Assembly: GCA_022565155.1 (NCBI GenBank)
Contig: JADFKB010000006.1
Coordinates: forward strand, 53-64,052
Length of the DNA: 64,000 bases
Reading direction: 5' to 3'
Source: Chloroflexota bacterium
GTDB lineage: Bacteria; Chloroflexota; Dehalococcoidia; DSTF01; RBG-16-68-14
Below, piece by piece: positions 21,909 through 31,439 of this stretch. Every line of letters starts with the position of its first letter. The first letter of the stretch is position 1. A program made the translations under genes and the position numbers. The notes under the pieces were generated by a model, which did no database searches, was not told the DNA's origin, and worked only from the letters and a program-made list of their open reading frames with translations.

Positions 21909-22943
21909 TCAGTTTGGGGCGTGGACGGAGATTGGCGCGGGAGTCCGCTCCGAAGCTTCTTCGACGATGTTAAAGGTGCCTGCCAGGAACCCGACTCCGA
22001 GGATGATGAGCAAGTGATGGTAGGTTGCTTCCGGCATATAACCAGCTACCAATAGAAGAAGCAGGCCTGTCCCGAGCCAGAAAGCGTCCTTGTCACGAAA
22101 GCAGGCCACGACCGTCACGAGATAGAGAGCCAGTGACAGAAGATACACCGGGGACGGCAGGAAGAAGCTCATGCCTGTCGTCCAGAGGGCGAGGATCGAT
22201 GTGGTGGAGGACGGGGTCATGGTGCTAAGCCCTACGACGGCCACGAACCCAACCACTAGCGCAATTCCGACACGCCCGGCAAGCCGCCAGCGTGGTCTTC
22301 CCCACGCCCAGAAGACAGCCGCGCCCGCGAGCACGACCAGCACCTCTCCCCACCGAAGTACGTCGATGCCCAATGGCGGCAACGCGGCGTAGTCGAGCAG
22401 CCGATACGCAATGTGAGACAGGGAGTAGTACTGATAGCAGAGATATGCTCCAACAACGAGGGCGACAGCCACGCGCGGACTGGTTCTGACGTCCTTCCTG
22501 GCCATCAGCGTGACGCCGAGCATCAGGACTGCCAGCGTGGCGGCTAACCCAAACGCCCCGTCCCAGGCGGCCCCTCCTGTGACCAGGCTCATCGCGAGGC
22601 TGATCATCAGTGCTCCTGAGATCGCGGCGAGAACGAAGCGAGCGACACGGTCTCGTACCTGCGTCGTCATTACGAGGAGCAGCAGCACGGTCAGCACGAT
22701 CGCCAGGATCGATGCGGAGTTGAACGCGAACGAACCGACGAACGATGCAGCCTGTAGACCGTCGCCGGCTAGCTCGCTGCGAGGAACGTGCACGCCTATC
22801 CGTGTCGTCAGGCGAAGGAGAACGATCTCCAGCAGCGCAGCTACGACCAGACCGAGAACGACCTGTCGCAAGAGAGTCTCGCTGACCGACAGCCGAGGGA
22901 GCTGCCACTTGTAGGACATACGCGAGACCGTTGGGCTAAGCAT
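21909..22943 (-). CDS. Polytopic membrane protein, last gene of the nxr-like operon
   Basis: Roughly ten hydrophobic segments; co-oriented and tightly spaced after the gamma subunit. Confidence 0.75.
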   Translation of the reverse strand: MLSPTVSRMSYKWQLPRLSVSETLLRQVVLGLVVAALLEIVLLRLTTRIGVHVPRSELAGDGLQAASFVGSFAFNSASILAIVLTVLLLLVMTTQVRDRVARFVLAAISGALMISLAMSLVTGGAAWDGAFGLAATLAVLMLGVTLMARKDVRTSPRVAVALVVGAYLCYQYYSLSHIAYRLLDYAALPPLGIDVLRWGEVLVVLAGAAVFWAWGRPRWRLAGRVGIALVVGFVAVVGLSTMTPSSTTSILALWTTGMSFFLPSPVYLLSLALYLVTVVACFRDKDAFWLGTGLLLLLVAGYMPEATYHHLLIILGVGFLAGTFNIVEEASERTPAPISVHAPN

Positions 22944-22954
22944 CTTCCGCTGCC

Positions 22955-23950
22955 TCAGGCCGTCTGGCGCCGCGTGTATAGAAGGTAGCTTCCTGCGGCG
23001 GCCAGACCGACGATTACGACGAGACCTACGACTACGAAGAGCCCTACTGCCTCGCCTGACAGACCACCGCCGCCACCTGTTGCGATCTCCGGCGAGATCT
23101 CCAGAGTCATGAACTGGGACACGGATTTGATGCCGTCCCGTTCGGCCCTGGCTCCATCCCAAACGGCGAACGCTACGTTCGTGCTGTCTCCCTCGCTGAA
23201 CTGCGCGTACTCGCCGGCGACCTCTAAGTCGCGCGAGAAGACGACTCGCCACTTCCCGTCATCCCAACTCCCCATTCCATTCACCATCTGGTCTTCGGCC
23301 GCCCTAAGGGTGCCGAAGCTCCCGGCTAGCAGGTTGTCGGCCGCGCTCGTGCGGTCTGCCCGCGCGACAATATTGCCGGAAGCGCTTGCCGGATAGAACT
23401 CAGCTTCGTCTTCGAATGGGTACAGGTCCACGTCCACGTTCGGGTACACGTCCTGCACGTCGAGAACGGAGGCGCCCGTTCCGGTCTGCCAGGACGCTTT
23501 CCACTGCCAGATGTTGACCGGCGCCTCCGGGTTGCCCATGCAGAACGCCGGTACGCTCTCGCCATGTTCGACCGGGAACTGAACGGCGGCCGCATCGGTG
23601 AAGTCATTCTGACGGCCGGTTGATGCGTCCTCCGACTCATCGTTCCACTCCAAGCGGATGTAGAGTTTCCCGTCATGGTGTAGCGCGCGTGCGGTGACGG
23701 TCCCCTGGTCCCCGCCTTTGGGCGCCACGACATTCTGCCCACTCAGAGGCACCTGTATTGGCGCGCCTTTGTCCCAGACGTCGGCTGACGGGTCATCGAG
23801 CGGTATTGCGTTTTCGCTGCGCTTGGCGACGAGCGTGATCGTCTGCGAGGATGCCAGCCGCAGGTCGAGCAGGGTCAGTACCGCGGCACCGACGAGCACG
23901 AGCGCGAGAATGCCGGTCGAGAGTCTCCTAGAGCTGGATAAGGTTCCCAT
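22955..23950 (-). CDS. Heme b-binding gamma subunit (EbdC/NxrC-like) with signal segment and C-terminal membrane anchor
   Basis: LYIRLEWND, FTDAAAVQFP, FCMGNPEAPVNIWQWKA, WRVVFSRDL, VAFAVWDGARAERDGIK (Met/Lys heme ligands as in EbdC). Confidence 0.85.
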   Translation of the reverse strand: MGTLSSSRRLSTGILALVLVGAAVLTLLDLRLASSQTITLVAKRSENAIPLDDPSADVWDKGAPIQVPLSGQNVVAPKGGDQGTVTARALHHDGKLYIRLEWNDESEDASTGRQNDFTDAAAVQFPVEHGESVPAFCMGNPEAPVNIWQWKASWQTGTGASVLDVQDVYPNVDVDLYPFEDEAEFYPASASGNIVARADRTSAADNLLAGSFGTLRAAEDQMVNGMGSWDDGKWRVVFSRDLEVAGEYAQFSEGDSTNVAFAVWDGARAERDGIKSVSQFMTLEISPEIATGGGGGLSGEAVGLFVVVGLVVIVGLAAAGSYLLYTRRQTA

Positions 23951-24707
23951 TGCCGTCTCCTGACTGCACGAGCGGACACTCAGCCGTCGAACAACCCTCT
24001 TCGCTGACGTTCGTTCGCCAATCCGTATTGACCTCGAGGACTTCTGGCTGCGCACGAAGATAGGCGATCTCATCAGCGAGGAAGGCATCGAGCAGCGCGG
24101 CAGTAGCCGCGAACAATCCTTCCGGGGCTCTACCGGCCAGTTGCTGGGCGAACTGGCGACCCCAACGTCCAAGATGGTCTTGGACAAACTTCCGTTGCAC
24201 CACGCGGCACAATCGGGCCTTCGCGGAGCCGTGATGGAGCTGGGCGACCGCCTCTTTAGACGTGAGCAGGTGCATGAACTCCAACTCGACGGTGATGTGA
24301 TCCGGGCGCTCACGCTCGGCGAGCTCCATGCCGAAGGCGCGGAAGAACCCGGCGATGTCACTCAACTGGGCCGTCTCTTCGAAAATCTCCCGAGCCGTGT
24401 AGACTGTCTCGCACGGCGGGCAGTCCAGCGACAGCAGGTGGCTGAAGATGCGCCCATGTTCGCTCTGCAGTGCGTCAGGGGAGGAGTTTTGCAGCTCCTT
24501 GGCGAAGGCGGCGAGTGGTTCCGAGAACGTCTCGTCCAGAATCTCGGCGGCGGCCTGGGCCTGGGGCAGGTCTTCCTCGCGTAACGCCGCAATGACGTTC
24601 GCGCTGGGGTACATGGTGGCCTGGCAGAGCAGCCGGTAGGCGGCGCTGCGCGCGAAATGACGCGCCGCCGCTTGCTCCTTTCTGGTTTCGATCATCTGTA
24701 CTGTCAT
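23928..24707 (-). CDS. TorD/DmsD-family maturation chaperone
   Basis: CPPCETVY, DIAGFFRAFG, ERPDHITVELEFM, HLGRW. Confidence 0.88.
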   Translation of the reverse strand: MTVQMIETRKEQAAARHFARSAAYRLLCQATMYPSANVIAALREEDLPQAQAAAEILDETFSEPLAAFAKELQNSSPDALQSEHGRIFSHLLSLDCPPCETVYTAREIFEETAQLSDIAGFFRAFGMELAERERPDHITVELEFMHLLTSKEAVAQLHHGSAKARLCRVVQRKFVQDHLGRWGRQFAQQLAGRAPEGLFAATAALLDAFLADEIAYLRAQPEVLEVNTDWRTNVSEEGCSTAECPLVQSGDGNGNLIQL

Positions 24708-24722
24708 GTGTCGTCCTCCGAC

Positions 24723-25988
24723 CTAAATGGAGTTCTGGAACTGACCAGCGAAGTCTCCATTTCGAATGTGGAACGGCTCTTCGACGGAGATGCGCGCCGC
24801 TTCGTTGCCAGATCCATCGAATCCGATGATCGTGTCGTTGAAGAGCTGCACTCTGCGGCCGTTGATCTCCGTATCGAGGATCTCCTCGCCTTCCTCGATC
24901 TCGTATCGGAAGATGATCTTCTGCGTCGCGCGGAAGAGTTGAAGCACTGCCTGCAGCTCTCGTGATGGGTTGGTGTAACGCTCGATCGCGGCGTCGACGC
25001 CCGGGCCGAAGAGCTGACGCAGGTACTGACGCGGCACCCATCGCGGCGGGATGTAGTACACGTTCGGCTCGGTACCAAACTGCGGATAGAGCGGAAGCGC
25101 CACCTGCTCCTTCCGCACCAGGAAGTACAGCGGGTTGGTCGGCGCCTCGGCCCAATGGCCGTCCTCGATGTCCACCAGCCCTTGGAGCCGGATCTTGCCG
25201 ACGCACGTCGCGACGCAGCGCGGCTCCATCGGGATGCCGTTCGTTAGTGGGTCCGTCCCCTCGACTCGCGGGTAGCAGCCAATGCACTTCTCGCTGACCT
25301 GCTGGTTCGGCCTGTACATCGACTTCTTGTAGGGGCACTGTTCAACGCACTTCCGATACCCACGACAGCGTTCCTGGTCGATGAGGACGATGCCGTCTTC
25401 CGGCCGCTTGTAGATCGCGCTCCTCGGGCAAGCCGACACACAGCCCGGATAGGTGCAGTGATTGCAGATGCGCTGCAGGTAGAAGAACCACGTGTTGTGC
25501 TCCGGAAGCTGTGCGCCCTCCGGATGGTACTCGCCTGGCACCCCCGGCTTGCCCTTCGCGGTGTCTTCGTAAAGGTTCGGAGATGTCCATTCCTCATCGG
25601 TCGGGATATAGCCGATAGCGTTGTCTTTGCCCTCCTTCTTGGCGGCCTCGAAGATCGTCATCCCCTTGAACTCGCCGTACGGCGCATCATCGCTCTGCGA
25701 CGATGTGTCCCACGTCTGGCCGCCGGGGTTGGCGTCGTTCAGCATCTGGAGGAGCTTGATATCCCAATGGTGCGGGTAGCCGCCGTACGGCTTGGTCTCC
25801 ACGTTGTTCCACCACATGTACTCCTGTCCGCGGCTGAACGTCCAGGTGGACTTGCAGGCGAAGGTGCAGGTCTGGCAGGCGATGCAGCGGTTAGTGTTGA
25901 AGACAGCGACGAACTGCCGGTTCGGATGGACCTCCGGGAAGCGGTACTCCATCTCCCGCCCTAGCTGCCAGTTGTGAACCTTAGCCAT
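24723..25988 (-). CDS. nxrB: Nitrite oxidoreductase/nitrate reductase beta subunit, Nitrospira/anammox type
   Basis: [79 protein letters not shown]; co-linear with Nitrospira and Kuenenia NxrB as recalled. Confidence 0.88.
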   Translation of the reverse strand: MAKVHNWQLGREMEYRFPEVHPNRQFVAVFNTNRCIACQTCTFACKSTWTFSRGQEYMWWNNVETKPYGGYPHHWDIKLLQMLNDANPGGQTWDTSSQSDDAPYGEFKGMTIFEAAKKEGKDNAIGYIPTDEEWTSPNLYEDTAKGKPGVPGEYHPEGAQLPEHNTWFFYLQRICNHCTYPGCVSACPRSAIYKRPEDGIVLIDQERCRGYRKCVEQCPYKKSMYRPNQQVSEKCIGCYPRVEGTDPLTNGIPMEPRCVATCVGKIRLQGLVDIEDGHWAEAPTNPLYFLVRKEQVALPLYPQFGTEPNVYYIPPRWVPRQYLRQLFGPGVDAAIERYTNPSRELQAVLQLFRATQKIIFRYEIEEGEEILDTEINGRRVQLFNDTIIGFDGSGNEAARISVEEPFHIRNGDFAGQFQNSI

Positions 25989-26014
25989 CGTTACGACCTC
26001 CAGCCTTCCGGGAG

Positions 26015-29000
26015 CTAGCTTCCACGCGTCTGAATGAAGCCACCGGCCAAGTACTTGTTCATGTCATCGTCCTCTGCCGCCGGGGTCTTGCCGCTCAGAG
26101 CCGGCTTCCAGATGCCTTTCCCACCGAGCCCGCCCGCCTCAGCCTTCGTTACACGCACCAACGTCTCCTTCGGAACGGTGTTGATCGCGTGGTTGTCCGC
26201 CTCGCCGCCGAAGATGAAGGCAGTGGCCACCTTGGCCTTGTGGAACAGGGTGTCCGTCTGGTGCATCGGCATCGCCCAGTCACGTGTGAGGCTCTGCTGG
26301 GAACCGTAGCGCAGGTTGGACTGGTAACCTGTGCCCTCGGATAACGCTCGACCATCAGGACGCGTCTCATGCGCCAGTACGGATCTCTCGGTGGCCATCA
26401 TCGGAGAGTGCTTCATCATGATGATGTTGTACGGGTAAGAAGGGTTGTATCTGGCGCGCAGCATAAGCCGCGCGACCTTGTAGAAAGGATCGTCCGGTGT
26501 CCAGTTCAAATAGGGTCGGTCAGCGGGGTTGGCGTCGATGTAGACGTAGTCACCGTCCTCGATGCCAAGGTCCTTCGCGGCCTGGGGATTGATGTGGACC
26601 TGGTGCTCGCCCACCCCCGGCATCCGCGTGTCCCGCCGATACGGGTCCGCGAAGTTGGAGTCCCAGATCTGGTGCCAGTCGACCATGCCCCACTGAGAGT
26701 GCACGCGGTGTCGGGTTTTGGGTGTCAGGCAGTAGAAGCTGAAGCCGTTTTCCCAGAGCGGGTTCGTCGTCTTCTTGACCTCCGCCCAGGACATCTTGTT
26801 GTTCGCGATCGTTCGCAGGTCCGCATCGAGCACTTCGCTCTGGAGCATCTCAGGCGTAATCCCGTAGTTTTCCGGGCGGATGTACGGGTTGGTGCTGACG
26901 ATGACGTTCGGAAGATAAGGCGTGGCTTCTGGCCCTTCACGATGGACGATCAAGTTCTCTCCATACTCGATGGCCTCCGGGATGTCGCAGTATGAGTTGA
27001 GTCTGCCAGTGTCCGTGAAGAAGGGAACGTTGTCCTCCATCTGCTCGTAAAACGGGACGCGCGGGTACGTGCGGAACATCATCAAGGCGGCACCCGGCTC
27101 TCCGTACTTGCCAGCCATGATGTCATCGACCTTGTAGCCGGTGGTGGTCGTTGACGCGTCCAACAGCCGCTGCAGGTAGACCTCCGGCCGTCCCTCCAGG
27201 GCGAACTTCCAGTAGTCCCTGATGCGCTGGTCGTCCAGCAACTCTGCGAGCTTGGCCGCCATGTTGGCGATGATCGTGATGTCATCTTCCGTGTCGTAGA
27301 GCGGCTTGATCCCTTCCTTGCCCCAGATCTGGAGGAAGGGATTCGAGCAGGAGGCCGTCACCTCGAGCTGTTGGAACTCCATCCAGGAGTTTGCCGGGAG
27401 GATGAGGTCGGAGTACTCGCCAGTGGCCGTCATCTCGATGTCCTGATTGATGATCAGGTCGACCTTGGGATTGACGTTCTTGATGATGCCATAGGCCCAC
27501 TTTGCGTTGTTGATGATGTTCACGTTGTTGAACCACATCACCTTGGTGGGCGTCGGCATGTGGGTCTGGCCGGTGAAGTTCTTGCGACCATGGGTGGGTG
27601 TCTCCACGATCAGCGCCTGGTCGCCGTGGTCCCAGTAGGCCGGCTCCTCATCCTTGGCGTGGCCCTTCACCACGATGTCCGAACCCGACGCGTTCGGGTC
27701 CAGGTTCGGCCGGAGCGGGTCTTCAGCGACCCAGCCCTTGAAGCCCGGCCCCGTCCACGGAGAAGCCTGGAAGAGCGCGGCCTTGTAGTTCCCTGCCCAC
27801 TGGTGGCAGCCGGCCCCCTTTTGGCCGATGTTGCCTGTCAGGATCAACGGCAGGTAGGTCGCGCGGTTGTGCAGTGTGGCGTGGAACCAGTGTTGAATTC
27901 CCTCGCCGACGTGAATCGCGACAGGCTTGATCGTGGCGATGTCCTTAGCGAGCCGCTCGATGAGGTCTTTGGGGGCGCCGCAGATCTCATGCACCGTATC
28001 AAGGTCGTAGTCCTGCAGGTTGATCTTGTACATCTCCCAGACGGTCATCACCGCGACCTCGCTGCCGTCCGCGAGCGTGATCGTGTCCTTGTACTCCAAC
28101 GTCGGGTCGATGCCCTTCTGCACCATGCGATCGCCCAGGTCGTCGCGCGTTATCGCCTTGAGGCTGTTGCTGTTCTGGTCGAACACCACGAAGTCGCCGA
28201 GCTGCTCGTGCTGCTCCTGCGTCAGGCCCTGGAGCGCGAAGCTGGGACCGTCCTGAGATAGGCTCGACCGATAGTTCGGGAAGACTTCGCCGGCCCGCAG
28301 GCGCTTCAGGTTGTCCGTCCGCACGAGGAGCGGGAAGTCGGAGAACTTCTTGACATAATCCTCATCGTGCCAGCCGTTGTCCATGATGATCTTGGAAACG
28401 CCCAGGAAAATGGCGGTGTCGGAGATGCCCGGCCGGACGGAGAGCCAGTAGTCGGCCTTTGTCGCCTGGGGGCTGTACTCCGGCGAGATGATCACGATCT
28501 TCCCGCCGCGCTCCATGGTGTTGTAGAAGAAGTGCGTGTCGGGCATCTTGTTCTCGATCATGTTGACGCCGGCATGGATGTGGAGCTTGGTGTAGATCAT
28601 GTCGTTGAAGTCGCAGTCGGACGTCTGCAGCCCGTGCACAAACGGCTGGCCGGGCGCCTGGTCGCCGTGCCAGGTGTAGTTCGACCAGTTGCGACCGCCC
28701 AGCGCGTCGTCGACATCGATGCCGCGGATGTGGCTGTCGAGGAAAGCCAGCGTATTGGAAAATCGGTACATGCCGTACTTGCCGATTACGCCTAGCAGGC
28801 CCATGCCGCCACGCAGCTTGATCGTGCGTGTGCCGGCGCCATGCATCTCCTCGATCATTTCCGGCTGGTAGCCTTCGGCCGCTAGCCGGCGCGCGCCCTC
28901 TTCGCCACTGTAGGCCCTGGCGATGGCGATCATGCCTCGGGCGGCGTAGTCATGCGCATCGTCCCAAGAGAGTCGTACGAAGATGTCGTGACCCCGGTCG

Positions 29001-29491
29001 GTGAACAGATACTTGTCGCGGTTTTCGGCGGTCAGCTCCGGGAAGCCGTCGTCCGCCCACTGCTTCCATCCCTGGCGAATCATCGGGTGCTGGAGGCGAT
29101 ACGGTCCGTAGACCCGCCGGTGCATGGAGAGGCCTTTCGGACAGCCGCGGGGGTTCCAGTGCTCAGTTGCCTTGTTGCCGAAGAGGTCCTTGATGTTGCC
29201 GCTGTCGTAGTTCTGCTCAATTCGCGTCACGACGCCGTTTCGCGTGAATGCTCGCAGCCGGCACGCGTGGGTGTCGTTGGGCGAGCAAACGAACGTGAAG
29301 CTGTCGTCATAGGCGTACTGGTCGCGATACACGCGTTCCCAGTCGCGATTCGGATAGTTCTCCAGCGGGTTGCCGATGGCGACGGGCTGGAAACGGCGCA
29401 GGGCCAACACGGTGGGGCTGGTAAGAGCCACTCCCGTCGCGGCGGCGGCGCCGGCGAGCTTCAAGAACGCGCGTCGGCTGACTGGCCTCAT
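26015..29491 (-). CDS. nxrA: Nitrite oxidoreductase/nitrate reductase alpha subunit (Mo-bisMGD, Tat-exported), Nitrospira/anammox type
   Basis: Tat motif SRRAFLK, YPNRDWERVYRDQY, CSPNDTHAC...WNPRGCPKG (C-x3-D-x3-C FS0 motif), NYTWHGDQ (Asp Mo ligand); start trimmed to MRPVSRR. Confidence 0.88.
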   Translation of the reverse strand: MRPVSRRAFLKLAGAAAATGVALTSPTVLALRRFQPVAIGNPLENYPNRDWERVYRDQYAYDDSFTFVCSPNDTHACRLRAFTRNGVVTRIEQNYDSGNIKDLFGNKATEHWNPRGCPKGLSMHRRVYGPYRLQHPMIRQGWKQWADDGFPELTAENRDKYLFTDRGHDIFVRLSWDDAHDYAARGMIAIARAYSGEEGARRLAAEGYQPEMIEEMHGAGTRTIKLRGGMGLLGVIGKYGMYRFSNTLAFLDSHIRGIDVDDALGGRNWSNYTWHGDQAPGQPFVHGLQTSDCDFNDMIYTKLHIHAGVNMIENKMPDTHFFYNTMERGGKIVIISPEYSPQATKADYWLSVRPGISDTAIFLGVSKIIMDNGWHDEDYVKKFSDFPLLVRTDNLKRLRAGEVFPNYRSSLSQDGPSFALQGLTQEQHEQLGDFVVFDQNSNSLKAITRDDLGDRMVQKGIDPTLEYKDTITLADGSEVAVMTVWEMYKINLQDYDLDTVHEICGAPKDLIERLAKDIATIKPVAIHVGEGIQHWFHATLHNRATYLPLILTGNIGQKGAGCHQWAGNYKAALFQASPWTGPGFKGWVAEDPLRPNLDPNASGSDIVVKGHAKDEEPAYWDHGDQALIVETPTHGRKNFTGQTHMPTPTKVMWFNNVNIINNAKWAYGIIKNVNPKVDLIINQDIEMTATGEYSDLILPANSWMEFQQLEVTASCSNPFLQIWGKEGIKPLYDTEDDITIIANMAAKLAELLDDQRIRDYWKFALEGRPEVYLQRLLDASTTTTGYKVDDIMAGKYGEPGAALMMFRTYPRVPFYEQMEDNVPFFTDTGRLNSYCDIPEAIEYGENLIVHREGPEATPYLPNVIVSTNPYIRPENYGITPEMLQSEVLDADLRTIANNKMSWAEVKKTTNPLWENGFSFYCLTPKTRHRVHSQWGMVDWHQIWDSNFADPYRRDTRMPGVGEHQVHINPQAAKDLGIEDGDYVYIDANPADRPYLNWTPDDPFYKVARLMLRARYNPSYPYNIIMMKHSPMMATERSVLAHETRPDGRALSEGTGYQSNLRYGSQQSLTRDWAMPMHQTDTLFHKAKVATAFIFGGEADNHAINTVPKETLVRVTKAEAGGLGGKGIWKPALSGKTPAAEDDDMNKYLAGGFIQTRGS

Positions 29492-29814
29492 AACGAATCC
29501 TTCACCTTCCTGGCGAGCTCCCCACGCACCCGATCGACAGAGTCGACCAAGCCTCGAACGTAGGACTCGCCCCTTTGCTGCAAGATGTTGTGGGTCAGTT
29601 TGAATGCCGGATTGTGGAAGAGGCGTAGGATGTTCTCTCCCGTCCATCCTATGCGCATGTACTCTTCAACGATTGAGCACGCCATCTCATCGAGAGCCTC
29701 CTCGTCGGGCTCTTGCTCGAAGCTGACGCCAACAAGCTCCATTGGGTCTTCAGGTTCGAAGGTCTTCTTGTTGACTCTCGGTTCTCTACCTTGTCCCATC
29801 GTGAGCGCTCCCAT
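29488..29814 (-). CDS. Small acidic hypothetical protein, first gene of the nxr-like operon
   Basis: PEDPMELVGV...MACSIVEEYMRIGW...ILRLFHNP; its stop overlaps the nxrA start. Confidence 0.7.
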   Translation of the reverse strand: MGALTMGQGREPRVNKKTFEPEDPMELVGVSFEQEPDEEALDEMACSIVEEYMRIGWTGENILRLFHNPAFKLTHNILQQRGESYVRGLVDSVDRVRGELARKVKDSL

Positions 29815-29858
29815 CTGTGCGTCATTTCACTATCCCAGAGGTGTGCGCAGGATGGGGA

Positions 29859-29872
29859 GAGCCATGTGGCCC
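29859..29872. promoter_or_regulatory. DosR-box-like palindrome upstream of the nxr-like operon
   Basis: GAGCCATGTGGCCC (1 mismatch to GGGNCNNNNGNCCC). Confidence 0.55.
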
Positions 29873-30236
29873 TATGGCCACAGGCCGTAGGCAACATTGT
29901 GGGCCGGTTCTTCGCCAAGCGGCCTAGGCAGCTACAGTTGGTGGAGACTACTACCGATCAGCAGCAGCGGTTAGAGACGCAAGCGCAAGTCGTTGTCCCA
30001 GAAATCGAGCGCGATGTCTGCCCCCTGATCACTGTCAGTGACGCTTGCGAGCTTCAGCAGAGCTGGGCTGAGTTCACGGCTCCGCGCTGGGCTACGAGCG
30101 AATACTCTCTCGCGGCCATACAACCGCTGCAACAAGGGCCGTTTGACCTTCGGATGAGGGCGTCCTGGCACTAGGTAGCTTTCGACGATAAGCGTAGGCT
30201 GCACTCTAACGGACCCTGTTCTCGCCGAGGAGGCCA

Positions 30237-31436
30237 GTGATGGTAGATTTTGCCCTTACCGAGGAAGTTGAGAAGATCCGCGACATGACACGTGAGTTCG
30301 CGAAAAAGGAGTTGCGTCCAGCAGCGGCGGAGCTCGATCTGATCCAAGACCCTGAGGAGGCCTACACCAGCGACACCATGCGGCGCGTGCTGTCCCGAGC
30401 ATATGAGATCGGCTTCCACAAGATGACACTCGGTACCGATGTAGGCGGTCTGGGAGCGCCCGCCATGACGAGCACGATCGTGCAGGAGGAGCTGGCGGTG
30501 GGCGATGCCGGGCTGGCCAGCCATCTGCTGGTTGCTCCCATGATTGCGGGCAGCGCCGTGGCGGGCAGGGACAGACACCCGTTCTATGGGGAGTACTTGG
30601 ATGCGTTCGTGAACGATACGAAGGGGGAACACGGTGGCGCGTGGGCGATCACCGAGCCGCAGCACGGCTCCGACCTCTTCCAGTTCGGCCAGCCCGCGAT
30701 CCACATGGAGGCGAAAGCCATCAGGGACGGCGACGACTACGTGATCAGCGGCCAGAAGTCGGCGTTCGTGAGCAACGGCTGGATGGCGGACGCCTTCCTG
30801 CTGATGGTGAAGCTGGACGGCGGGGATGGCATGGAAGGCACGGCGACGTTTGCAATCCCAGGCGACCTACCCGGCATGTCGCGAGGCAAGCCGCTCGACA
30901 AGCTTGGCTTGCGCACGCTCAACCAGGCCGAGGTGTTCTTCGACGACGTCCGTATCCCCCGGGAGTTCCTCGTGATGCCCGGTGGTCCCGCCTACAAGCT
31001 GCTGATCGAGCGCATCGTCACGGCCGGCAACACGGCCGTGGGCACGCTCGCCGTCGGCGTAGCGAGGGCGGCGTATGAAGAGGCCCTGGCCTACGCCAAG
31101 GAGCGGGTGCAGGGCGACAAGGTGATCTTCGAGCATCAGGTGATCAAGATGAAGCTGTTCAACGCTTTCCGGCAGATCGAGGCCTCGAGGGCATTGCTCT
31201 GGAAGTCTTCTTGGCTGCTGAACACTGGCAAGCCGCACCTGCCCACCGCGATGGCGGCACGCACGCTCGCCAGCGATATGGCGATGCAGGTAACAGCGGA
31301 TATGGTGCAAGTGTTCGGCGGCTACGGCATCTCCAAGGAGAACCCGGTAGAGAAATTCTACCGAGACGCAAAGCTCCTGCAGATCATGGACGGCACCAAC
31401 GAAGTGGTGTCGCTCCGCGCGGCTGAGGAGCTCTAG
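30237..31436 (+). CDS. Acyl-CoA dehydrogenase
   Basis: WAITEPQHGSD, ISGQKSAFVSNG, KLGLR, VQVFGGYG, YRDAKLLQIMDGTNE. Confidence 0.9.
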   Translation: MMVDFALTEEVEKIRDMTREFAKKELRPAAAELDLIQDPEEAYTSDTMRRVLSRAYEIGFHKMTLGTDVGGLGAPAMTSTIVQEELAVGDAGLASHLLVAPMIAGSAVAGRDRHPFYGEYLDAFVNDTKGEHGGAWAITEPQHGSDLFQFGQPAIHMEAKAIRDGDDYVISGQKSAFVSNGWMADAFLLMVKLDGGDGMEGTATFAIPGDLPGMSRGKPLDKLGLRTLNQAEVFFDDVRIPREFLVMPGGPAYKLLIERIVTAGNTAVGTLAVGVARAAYEEALAYAKERVQGDKVIFEHQVIKMKLFNAFRQIEASRALLWKSSWLLNTGKPHLPTAMAARTLASDMAMQVTADMVQVFGGYGISKENPVEKFYRDAKLLQIMDGTNEVVSLRAAEEL

Positions 31437-31439
31437 GAA

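Noticed and set aside
26015-29491. Steroid C25 dehydrogenase / ethylbenzene dehydrogenase, suggested by the steroid genes and EbdC-like gamma
   Set aside because: Alpha and beta motifs and alpha length fit the Nitrospira/anammox NXR clade much better; a phylogeny would settle it.
29971-30204. Short minus-strand ORF upstream of the nxr operon
   Set aside because: No recognisable motif or RBS; may be another gene remnant but cannot be supported.
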